50,896 nucleotides of DNA, taken from the IMG/VR virus record IMGVR_UViG_3300012665_000657, positions 1-50,896 of that record. One strand, 5' to 3'. Source of the DNA: a virus. Taxonomy: Duplodnaviria; Caudoviricetes. The notes below the pieces were generated by a model. That model ran no database searches and was not told the origin of the DNA. It saw only the letters and a list, made by a program, of their open reading frames with translations. The translations under genes were made by a program, and so were the position numbers. Below are positions 28,524 through 35,374 of this stretch, piece after piece. Numbering within the stretch: position 1 is the stretch's first letter; the number at the start of each line of letters is the position of its first letter.

Positions 28524-30221
28524 TTATGCAGCCGCTGCAATTTCTCGCCACGTTCCGCCTAAGTAAACTACCATAGTTTGTTTTCCATTAGACATTGGAT
28601 TCCATGTAGTACCATCAGCAATTGCAATTATACCGTTAACAGGTGACGCAGGCGCCGCGGTTAATATCGCAAGTTTAGCAAATCCGTTAACATCTAATGT
28701 TGCTTCGGCCGGAGATACTCCTTTGTTAATTCCAACAAAGCCTCTAGAGTCAATTACAACACCTTTGAAGTTAGCAGGATTACCATCAGTAAATGTACTT
28801 AATGAAATTGTTCCAGGAACAGTAGTCCCGTTGATAGTGCCACCCGGATCAACAAAGTGATTTATCGCAGTAGTTAGCTGATATGTAGTGCCATTGTGGC
28901 CAACAACGTTAGTCCCATAGATAATATCGCCTAACTGTAAGATTGCCGGAGCAGAAAGTGTTCCTCTAGATACAAAGTTATTTTCTCCAGTACCGGTTGA
29001 GCCGTTGGAGATTGCATACGATTCTGTATGATTTCCTGACTCTGGAACATATCGACGAACAGTAGTTGTGCGTATAGGATTTGCATTAACAATATCTAGA
29101 TAAGCTCTATTGGTAGTAATTGATTCAGTTTCAATTGCATCAAAGTTTCCGTCGGGTGCATTTACACTACCGCCGACAGTAATAACCTGTGTAGCAGCAT
29201 CAATAATAACTGTACTGTCGTCACCAATCATGCTACCAATAAACTGATTTGCTCTTACTGTTCCGCCAGGAACCGCTAAATCGGCATACATAGTAATGCC
29301 AACATCAGGTGTAACTGTCAATGCAGTTACATTGCCGCCGAGCGTAGTTCTTGTAAAGATAGTGAGCGGATTGTTTAGATCAGCATAGATACTAGTAAAG
29401 TTACCGTTACCAGTTACATCACCCTGTAGATTTCCAGTTACATTACCTTGTAGATTTCCGGTTACATCACCCTGTAGATTTCCAGTTACATTACCTTGTA
29501 GATTTCCAGTTACATCACCGATAAATCCACCCGATGCTGTTATAATTTCAGTATCAGAATTGATCATTAATGAACTGTCGTCAGCAGCAATGTTTATCTT
29601 ATAAGTGCTTCCTTCAATAACCCCATCACCTGTACCTGTACCTGTGCCTGTGCCAATAACAACACCGCCAATTGTACTTCCTGCAGGGAGTTCTACAACA
29701 CCGCCAGACGATGTAATAGTTGCGTCGCCTAAATGTAAGCTAGTGCCGCTTAAATACAGATCTCTAAATTTCAACCCAGATGAGCCAATATCATATGCTG
29801 AATCTGAATCTGGTATAATATTACCCTTAACTGTTCCGTTTAAGTTAATGCTAGCACGGATAGCGTCAACTAACGGTTCTCCGCCTAAACTAGAATCATC
29901 TGGAAATACTGAACCTTCAAACGCATCGGCTCTAATAGTTCCTGCATAATTTGAAAGTACAATATCCACTGTAGCGTTAATATATGTACCGTCGTAAGCA
30001 AAGGATATCCCTCCACTGTGGGTTCCCTCAGTGAACATTGTTCCAGTAATGTTTTTTATACCAGATTCGGTGAGATTTGCTACGGCAGTTCCGCCGAGGG
30101 TGTCACCATCACCGATATACAGGGTTCCTGTATTGGTTACATAAAGCAGCTCCCCGCTTGCTAAGGGCTCCACCATTGCTGTACGTTGCGTTTCAGTTCC
30201 GCGTCTAACCTGCAAAGGCAT
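28524..30221 (-). CDS. Tail fibre/virion appendage protein
   Basis: N-terminal LQVRRGT...GELLYVT..LYIGDG head motif; G/N/T-rich repeats; TAAATA at 30252-30257. Confidence 0.75.
   Translation of the reverse strand: MPLQVRRGTETQRTAMVEPLASGELLYVTNTGTLYIGDGDTLGGTAVANLTESGIKNITGTMFTEGTHSGGISFAYDGTYINATVDIVLSNYAGTIRADAFEGSVFPDDSSLGGEPLVDAIRASINLNGTVKGNIIPDSDSAYDIGSSGLKFRDLYLSGTSLHLGDATITSSGGVVELPAGSTIGGVVIGTGTGTGTGDGVIEGSTYKINIAADDSSLMINSDTEIITASGGFIGDVTGNLQGNVTGNLQGDVTGNLQGNVTGNLQGDVTGNGNFTSIYADLNNPLTIFTRTTLGGNVTALTVTPDVGITMYADLAVPGGTVRANQFIGSMIGDDSTVIIDAATQVITVGGSVNAPDGNFDAIETESITTNRAYLDIVNANPIRTTTVRRYVPESGNHTESYAISNGSTGTGENNFVSRGTLSAPAILQLGDIIYGTNVVGHNGTTYQLTTAINHFVDPGGTINGTTVPGTISLSTFTDGNPANFKGVVIDSRGFVGINKGVSPAEATLDVNGFAKLAILTAAPASPVNGIIAIADGTTWNPMSNGKQTMVVYLGGTWREIAAAA
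29409..29519 (-). repeat. Tandem 24-nt repeat encoding G(D/N)VTGNLQ
   Basis: About 4.5 units alternating GDVT/GNVT (48-nt period). Confidence 0.9.
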
Positions 30222-30280
30222 AAAATATTCTCCTACGATCTTTTTATCGTGTATTTATGCCAACTGCAGATAACTGTATT

Positions 30281-30856
30281 TTATTGATATTCGATATCAG
30301 CAGCTAATATATATCTATATTTTTCGCTTTGTACTATGCCCGGGCGGTGCCATTGATTAGACGGATAAATTAACCATGTAAAATCGCTGGGTTTTACAAA
30401 GAATTTTCCGGGCTGATCAATGCCGTTTGGAGCCATTTCTGTACCGCAATAGTCGCGATCTTTTACATCTTCGGGTATGTGCAGATAGAAGATTCCGCTC
30501 ATCATTTTGCTGTTAGGGTTTTTCGGATGCCAATGATTGTGCCACAGCGTTTCTCGATCTTCGGCACCCTCAAGATTTGTCATAAAACTCCAGGCCATCA
30601 TGTTGCTGACTTTTACTTCACGGCCTAAGTACATAAACAGAGAAAATAAAAAGCTCATACGATACTTTAACCATACAGGCTCGGGCCTAGCAAAAATGTT
30701 TTCTTTGGTTTGAAATTTGGGAGAATTTTCGAAATAATTTCCCGATGATACAATATCTGTTACTATTGATATTGCTTGTTGATTGTCGGCTTGCGTTATT
30801 GTAGAACTGAAATCAAATTTTCTAAAGGTGTCATCGCTATCTATAACTGTCATCAT
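30281..30856 (-). CDS. Putative 2OG-Fe(II) oxygenase (HxH type)
   Basis: WHNH..MSGIFYL...IYPS.QWH..R. Confidence 0.75.
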   Translation of the reverse strand: MMTVIDSDDTFRKFDFSSTITQADNQQAISIVTDIVSSGNYFENSPKFQTKENIFARPEPVWLKYRMSFLFSLFMYLGREVKVSNMMAWSFMTNLEGAEDRETLWHNHWHPKNPNSKMMSGIFYLHIPEDVKDRDYCGTEMAPNGIDQPGKFFVKPSDFTWLIYPSNQWHRPGIVQSEKYRYILAADIEYQ

Positions 30857-30857
30857 A

Positions 30858-31415
30858 TTATATAAAATTAAATGCTATTGATATTCTAGACTCGTCAGCT
30901 TGACTCATTTCTACCTGATGCCTAACATAACTAGGAAAAGTTACCATTAGCCCTTTTCTAGGCTCTTGAATTATTCTTCCTATATTATTCTCGTTCGGAG
31001 AATATTGATAGATGTGTTTATGAAAATCATCAGGTCTCTCAATTACTAATGCACCGGAATTTAATGGTGCAGTAATATATAACACTGAAGAAATTAAACA
31101 GCCGGGATGAGTATGACTGGTATTGTAGCTGTATTTGTTGTTTACATTGAACCAGTAATTTCCTAATTTAGGTGTAGTTGTAATTCCTAAATCATCATAC
31201 ACCTGCTGTATTTCTTTTAATACTTCCTTCATTAACTCATTCATAAAAAGTTTACTTTGCGTAAACGGTTTACTTTGCCATCCATATCTATTACTGCGTT
31301 GCTCAGTAAGTGGATTATGATCCTTAAAGTCTAAAATAGACTGTTCTAGTTGATCAAGGGGAGTAGTTAAATCTGAAAAATAAAGGGAAGTAAAAAACGG
31401 TGTAGACTTTTGCAT
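30858..31415 (-). CDS. Putative 2OG-Fe(II) oxygenase (HxH type)
   Basis: WFNVN..SHTHP..SSVLY...FPSYVRHQV..RISIAFN. Confidence 0.85.
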   Translation of the reverse strand: MQKSTPFFTSLYFSDLTTPLDQLEQSILDFKDHNPLTEQRSNRYGWQSKPFTQSKLFMNELMKEVLKEIQQVYDDLGITTTPKLGNYWFNVNNKYSYNTSHTHPGCLISSVLYITAPLNSGALVIERPDDFHKHIYQYSPNENNIGRIIQEPRKGLMVTFPSYVRHQVEMSQADESRISIAFNFI

Positions 31416-31431
31416 ACTGTCTTACAAATTA

Positions 31432-31505
31432 TGGAGCGGAGTGAGAGAATCGAACTCTCGACCGAAGATTGGAAATCTGCTGTTTTGCCATTAAACTAAC
31501 CCCGC
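31432..31505 (-). tRNA. tRNA-Gly(TCC)
   Basis: Cloverleaf, loop TT-TCC-AA, encoded CCA. Confidence 0.95.
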
Positions 31506-31511
31506 ACTAAC

Positions 31512-32084
31512 TTAGATCAATCCTTCCGATTGCAATGTATTTACAACATCATCACTTAAAGGGATCTCAGTTTTGATATTTGCTTCAAGCACTTCGTCGT
31601 TAAGTGATTGCTTTTGTTTCTTGAGATTTTGAATCTCGGCTTTTGCCTGCTTAATCTGCTCTTGGTCAACAACACTAGTTGACACTGTATCTTCACGACC
31701 ATACAAACTTGCACGGCTGTCATCTTTGCGATCACGAATTTTTGACAGCTTGCCTATAATTACAGGTAGATCTAATACTTCCTTGGCGCTGGCAATTTGC
31801 TCCAATTGGACAATACGTTTGTCTACGAATGCTGCCTTTGCCAAAGCCAAGTCAATGCCAGATGCATTATTGGCAGTACCTACCAAGCCTCGGATATTAT
31901 ACAAGGCTAATAGCAATCGTTGACGTCGACCATCATTTTCAAACAATTTTGAATTTGCAGCAGCTAGAGCACTTAGTGGTTCTTGAAATTCGTTGATTTC
32001 AATAGAGGTGCTGATATCAATGGTTCGGATAGCCTCATTGATAGCGTTTTGGATAGCGTTAGCTTTGCGTAAAGAGATCTTCAT
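31512..32084 (-). CDS. Coiled-coil protein, possibly DIP1984-like
   Basis: Helical; N-terminal MKISLRKA, C-terminal LNDEVLEANIKTEI; family match from memory only. Confidence 0.55.
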   Translation of the reverse strand: MKISLRKANAIQNAINEAIRTIDISTSIEINEFQEPLSALAAANSKLFENDGRRQRLLLALYNIRGLVGTANNASGIDLALAKAAFVDKRIVQLEQIASAKEVLDLPVIIGKLSKIRDRKDDSRASLYGREDTVSTSVVDQEQIKQAKAEIQNLKKQKQSLNDEVLEANIKTEIPLSDDVVNTLQSEGLI

Positions 32085-32085
32085 A

Positions 32086-32316
32086 TTACATACGTCCTTT
32101 TAAATTCTTCTTCATCATCTTTTCTAAAAACTCAGTTTTTGTGTATAGACCCTCTTCGATTTCTCTTAGGGCCGTTACAATGGCGGTAGCGTCAGTGTGC
32201 TCGAGTCGAGCCTTGGAACCATTTTTTAATTCTCTTGCTCGTTGGCTAGCAATGATTACTAGATCAAATCTACCACCAACCATCTCTGCTGCTTTTTCTG
32301 ATGTAAATCGTGCCAT
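32086..32316 (-). CDS. rpoZ: RNA polymerase omega subunit homologue
   Basis: MARFT...RFDLVIIASQRAREL...VTALREIEEG; AAGGA RBS. Confidence 0.9.
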   Translation of the reverse strand: MARFTSEKAAEMVGGRFDLVIIASQRARELKNGSKARLEHTDATAIVTALREIEEGLYTKTEFLEKMMKKNLKGRM

Positions 32317-32342
32317 TTTAATTCCTTTTATTTTTAACATGA

Positions 32343-32578
32343 CGGGTCAACGAAAGGTCAAGTAATAGACCGGACAATAGACAATGAAGAGTTGTAATCT
32401 TCGTTGACAATGTGCAAAGTACAATACACAGAGGCCTATATATTTCCGATTAACAAATGACATTCTATTAGGGTCGGATCACATAAACACGGTCCAATTT
32501 CAAGTTGGATTGTAAGTTCGGAGTAAGCATGAAGCTCACTTCGGTGTGTCTATCCTCATCTACCTTTCATCTCACCGG
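32343..32578 (-). ncRNA. Putative ~235-nt multibranch structured RNA
   Basis: GATGAAAGGT/ACCTTTCGTT and ATAGAC/GTCTAT close it; several internal hairpins; promoter directly upstream. Confidence 0.55.
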
Positions 32579-32605
32579 TTAAGTTATTTCTAACCTAACA
32601 AACTT

Positions 32606-32634
32606 ATTATACAACACTTATCTTATAAAGTCAA
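32606..32634 (-). promoter_or_regulatory. Sigma70-type promoter
   Basis: TTGACT-17-TATAAT. Confidence 0.85.
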
Positions 32635-32666
32635 CCTTTATTTGCATAATAGATTGACTTGATATT

Positions 32667-32756
32667 TGGCGGAACGAAAGAGACTCGAACTCTTAAACCG
32701 ACTTTCGCCGATCGACGGATTAGCAATCCGCTCCAATACCATTATGGGACCGTTCC
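32667..32756 (-). tRNA. tRNA-Ser(GCT)
   Basis: Class II cloverleaf, TT-GCT-AA, CCA. Confidence 0.95.
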
Positions 32757-32764
32757 AATTATTC

Positions 32765-32848
32765 TGGTGCGCAAGGAGAGACTCGAACTCTCAATCCTTT
32801 CGGCAGTGGCTTCTAAGACCACCGTGTATACCATTCCACCACTTGCGC
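32765..32848 (-). tRNA. tRNA-Leu(TAG)
   Basis: Class II, CT-TAG-AA, CCA. Confidence 0.95.
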
Positions 32849-32890
32849 AAAATTTTACTTCTAACATTGCTAATTGCTTAGTATGTAACT

Positions 32891-32919
32891 ATTATATAGT
32901 CTAATCTTTTGTGTGTCAA
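32891..32919 (-). promoter_or_regulatory. Sigma70-type promoter
   Basis: TTGACA-17-TATAAT. Confidence 0.9.
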
Positions 32920-32926
32920 CATATTT

Positions 32927-33000
32927 TGGTGCTCTAACGTAGAATCGAACTACGATTACTGTCATACCAAGACAGTGTTCTGCCATTAAACTATAAGAGC
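32927..33000 (-). tRNA. tRNA-Thr(GGT)
   Basis: CTGTC-TT-GGT-AT-GACAG, CCA. Confidence 0.9.
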
Positions 33001-33002
33001 AC

Positions 33003-33077
33003 TGGTCTCGCCTGCAGGAATCGAACCCACATTCGTAGGGTAGAAGCCTACTGTATTATCCATTATACGAAGGCGAG
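33003..33077 (-). tRNA. tRNA-Arg(TCT)
   Basis: GTAGG-CT-TCT-AC-CCTAC, CCA. Confidence 0.95.
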
Positions 33078-33084
33078 AATAGGT

Positions 33085-33233
33085 TTTCAAAGTGCCCAAC
33101 TATCTTTCTCAAGGACTCGCTGGATTGTCTCGAATAGCAGAGTTTAAACTACCTTGTACAGCTACTGGTGTGTCATGCTCAAGAATAGGGCACTAGCATA
33201 CAAGGGACTCAACACTATCGTCTATCTTCGAAA
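33085..33233 (-). ncRNA. Putative ~150-nt structured RNA between tRNAs
   Basis: TTTCGAAG/CTTTGAAA ends, AGTGCCC/GGGCACT, CCTTGTA/TACAAGG. Confidence 0.45.
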
Positions 33234-33235
33234 CT

Positions 33236-33319
33236 TGGTATGAGCGGAGGGACTTGAACCCTCAATCCCGAAGGCGGCAGATTTTAAGTCTGCTGTGTAT
33301 ACCATTCCACCACGCTCAC
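33236..33319 (-). tRNA. tRNA-Leu(TAA)
   Basis: Class II, CT-TAA-AA, CCA. Confidence 0.95.
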
Positions 33320-33416
33320 ATATAAGTAAACACACTAGCCATCGTCAAAAGGACAATGCCGCAGGCTACGCCCTAAAAGCTATGCTCGTTCTTTCACTAG
33401 AGTGTTTACATATATG
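33319..33416 (-). repeat. Conserved-stem hairpin cassette A
   Basis: CATATATGTAAACAC...GTGTTTACTTATATG enclosing a variable loop. Confidence 0.6.
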
Positions 33417-33495
33417 GTACCCCGGGCGGGAGTTGAACCCGCATTTAAATTTCTCTTTTTGAGAGAGACGACTTTGCCAATTTGTCTACCGGGGC
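33415..33495 (-). tRNA. tRNA-Leu(CAA)
   Basis: TCTCT-CT-CAA-AA-AGAGA, short variable arm, CCA. Confidence 0.9.
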
Positions 33496-33501
33496 ATTGT
33501 T

Positions 33502-33577
33502 TGGTGCAACCTCCAGGGATCGAACCTGGTTCAATGGCTCTTCAGACCACCGCTATGACCACATCAGCTAAAGTTGC
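33502..33577 (-). tRNA. tRNA-Phe(GAA)
   Basis: CT-GAA-GA loop, CCA. Confidence 0.95.
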
Positions 33578-33579
33578 AT

Positions 33580-33671
33580 TGGTACCAGCGGAGGGGATCG
33601 AACCCTCTCAAGAACGCTAATCTGGCGCTAAAAGGTTTATAAAACCTCTCTGACTACCAAGTCTCGCTGGC
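33580..33671 (-). tRNA. Non-canonical tRNA(TAT), Ile anticodon, short D-arm and long variable arm
   Basis: GCCAGCG/CGCTGGT-A-CCA; GACT-TGGT-AGTC; AGAGGT-TT-TAT-AA-ACCTTT; V-arm AGCGC/GCGTT. Confidence 0.8.
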
Positions 33672-33721
33672 AAAAGAAAAACTCTACAGCATCAACTATG
33701 TTGAACGAGTAGAGCCATGTT

Positions 33722-33795
33722 TGGGGTGAAGGGGAGAATCGAACTCTCTCTTACTGTTTCACAGACAGCCGTGCAGCCATTACACTACCGACACC
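33722..33795 (-). tRNA. tRNA-His(GTG)
   Basis: G-1:C73, CT-GTG-AA; two acceptor mismatches. Confidence 0.85.
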
Positions 33796-33957
33796 ATTAA
33801 CTTTTTTAAGAGCATCCTTACGCATCATGAAAGGACGCGGATTGTCTTGTTTGTGTACTACGAGATAGTCTACTCCGTCGATGACCTGAACGGCACGGAC
33901 ATCTTCGCATACTACCTGTTCACCGTTTCTTTCATTTACAAATGTCATTGATTTCAT
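33751..33957 (-). CDS. Small hypothetical protein whose 3' end overlaps tRNA-His
   Basis: AAAGGAG RBS, 68 aa. Confidence 0.65.
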   Translation of the reverse strand: MKSMTFVNERNGEQVVCEDVRAVQVIDGVDYLVVHKQDNPRPFMMRKDALKKVNGVGSVMAARLSVKQ

Positions 33958-33974
33958 AACTATCTCCTTTAATA

Positions 33975-34051
33975 TGGCCGGCCCTGAGAGACTCGAACTC
34001 CCAACTTCCAGTTTCGAAGACTGGCACTCTATCCATTTGAGTTAAGGACCG
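33975..34051 (-). tRNA. tRNA-Arg(TCG)
   Basis: CCAGT-CT-TCG-AA-ACTGG, CCA. Confidence 0.95.
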
Positions 34052-34513
34052 TTAATTTTTAAATGTTCGCCAATCGTCTATGTTTGGCTTTTCGTTTTCG
34101 TCGTATGTCCATCCTAGCGCCTTCATCATACGATGCTTGACTAACAGATTCGGACTGCGAAACCTTTCGGTATCGTTGAAGCCCAACATAACTCCAACTT
34201 CGCATACTGCACCGCTGCGACAAATTCCTGCAAAGCAATGAACAACAACGTTCATTCTATTTTCTAGAGCATGTTGCAGTAATCGAACAAGCTCGTTAGC
34301 TTGCTCCTGACTACAGCGCATGGCTTCATCTAATGCAAAGTCGTCCTTTTCGATGTCAAGAAACTCAAAGTTATGACGCTCTTTAAAAGTGTGCTTAGCC
34401 TCAGGCCTCCAGCTGGCCGGATCTACGATGCTAATCAACATACTGTTAGGGCCAGCATCGTGATGAAACCCAATTGGAATATCAGCCGCCGCTACATTTT
34501 CGATCCATGGCAT
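34052..34513 (-). CDS. Tyrosine/dual-specificity phosphatase-like protein
   Basis: VHCFAGICRS (CX5R); AAAGGAG RBS. Confidence 0.85.
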   Translation of the reverse strand: MPWIENVAAADIPIGFHHDAGPNSMLISIVDPASWRPEAKHTFKERHNFEFLDIEKDDFALDEAMRCSQEQANELVRLLQHALENRMNVVVHCFAGICRSGAVCEVGVMLGFNDTERFRSPNLLVKHRMMKALGWTYDENEKPNIDDWRTFKN

Positions 34514-34530
34514 TTTATTTCTCCTTTAAT

Positions 34531-34604
34531 TGGCACCCGGAGTAGGAATCGAACCTACAATAGCAGAGTCAAAGTCTGTTGTGTTACCACTACACTATCC
34601 GGGA
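34531..34604 (-). tRNA. tRNA-Gln(TTG)
   Basis: CT-TTG-AC loop, G73, CCA. Confidence 0.95.
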
Positions 34605-34614
34605 ATAAATTGAA

Positions 34615-34827
34615 TTTGTAAGTAGTTGCGTCCCTCATATCGCAACCATTTTCCCTTGTAATAAAGCCGGCAGGGTCAAGATACGTCACTCGGGATAACA
34701 GTCCAGTATGGCAACCAATCTGCGAGGATCTTCCGATCCTCTGGGAGTTGAACCCACTAACCTTCTACTGTCTTGGTAGTTCGAACTTACCTCGACAGCG
34801 TGACTCTCTCTTGCTGACACTTACAAA
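34615..34827 (-). ncRNA. Putative ~210-nt structured RNA with two T-loop-like hairpins
   Basis: TTTGTAAGT/ACTTACAAA ends; GTCAC/GTGAC; TGGG-TTCAACT-CCCA; GAGGATC-GGAA-GATCCTC. Confidence 0.6.
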
Positions 34828-34830
34828 ACT

Positions 34831-34911
34831 TGGTGCAGCCAAAGGACTCGAACCTTTGTGGCAACTAGTATTAGATGCTCTATACAGGGCACCCGCCTTC
34901 TCCATTGCTGC
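34831..34911 (-). ncRNA. Aberrant tRNA-like RNA (GTA loop, no D-stem)
   Basis: GCAGC/GCTGC-A-CCA, CAAAGG-TTCGAGT-CCTTTG, bulged anticodon stem. Confidence 0.6.
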
Positions 34912-34918
34912 GTAAACT

Positions 34919-34994
34919 TGGTGGTAATAGTTGGACTCGAACCAACGATAGGCTGCGTATGAAGCAACTGCATTAGCCACTATGCTATATTACC
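34919..34994 (-). tRNA. tRNA(CAT), elongator Met or Ile2
   Basis: GTTGC-TT-CAT-AC-GCAGC, paired 1:72, CCA. Confidence 0.9.
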
Positions 34995-35077
34995 AAACTT
35001 GTTATGGCTGTGCGAGCCCATCTGCACACTTAGGCTTTTTGTCTTCTCCTACCCGGGTAGTTACGACAGTGGCGTCA

Positions 35078-35170
35078 CCATATAGAAACACACTCAGGCG
35101 TAGTAGTTCTTTAGCCCACTAAGATACACGACTACCACTCGTGTCATTAGTTGAATGTGTTTTTATATGG
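35078..35170 (-). repeat. Conserved-stem hairpin cassette B
   Basis: CCATATAAAAACACATT...AGTGTGTTTCTATATGG. Confidence 0.7.
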
Positions 35171-35246
35171 CAAACTCATTGTAGGTTGGATTCGAACCAA
35201 CGTTGCCCCTTACCGAGGATTCCTACCACTAGAAGACTACGAGTTC
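35168..35246 (-). ncRNA. Aberrant tRNA-like RNA (long bulged acceptor, short anticodon arm)
   Basis: GAACTC-GTAG/CTAC-AAT-GAGTTT-G-CCA; D-arm TTCT-AGTGGT-AGGA; T-arm GTTGG-TTCGAAT-CCAAC. Confidence 0.65.
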
Positions 35247-35295
35247 TTGAGAGTAATTACTTCCCAATATGGTTGCTACCTGCAGATAACATTAA

Positions 35296-35374
35296 CCATA
35301 TAGAAACACACTAACAACAAATGCTATGCACTCTGGTTCTCAATCCCAGCTGTGGTTAATATGTTTTTATATGG
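35296..35374 (-). repeat. Conserved-stem hairpin cassette C
   Basis: CCATATAAAAACATATT...AGTGTGTTTCTATATGG; 17-nt 3' arm identical to cassette B. Confidence 0.7.

Noticed and set aside
29605-29949. Plus-strand ORF with a PVPVPV repeat
   Set aside because: Antisense shadow of the GTGTGT run in the fibre gene.
32765-33319. tRNAs with anticodons TAG and TAA as stop suppressors or a sign of recoding
   Set aside because: These anticodons read Leu CUA and UUA. No CTA/TTA/TCA anticodon was seen, and genes are intact in the standard code, with TAG ending 27337-28488 and 41890-42291.
34615-34827. RNase P RNA or raiA motif call
   Set aside because: Only loose resemblance; I could not build the P4 pseudoknot or match conserved regions.
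35078-35374. CRISPR mini-array from the repeated CCATATAGAAACACACT
   Set aside because: Only two exact copies, each the arm of an inverted repeat, with irregular spacing and no cas genes; reported as hairpin cassettes.
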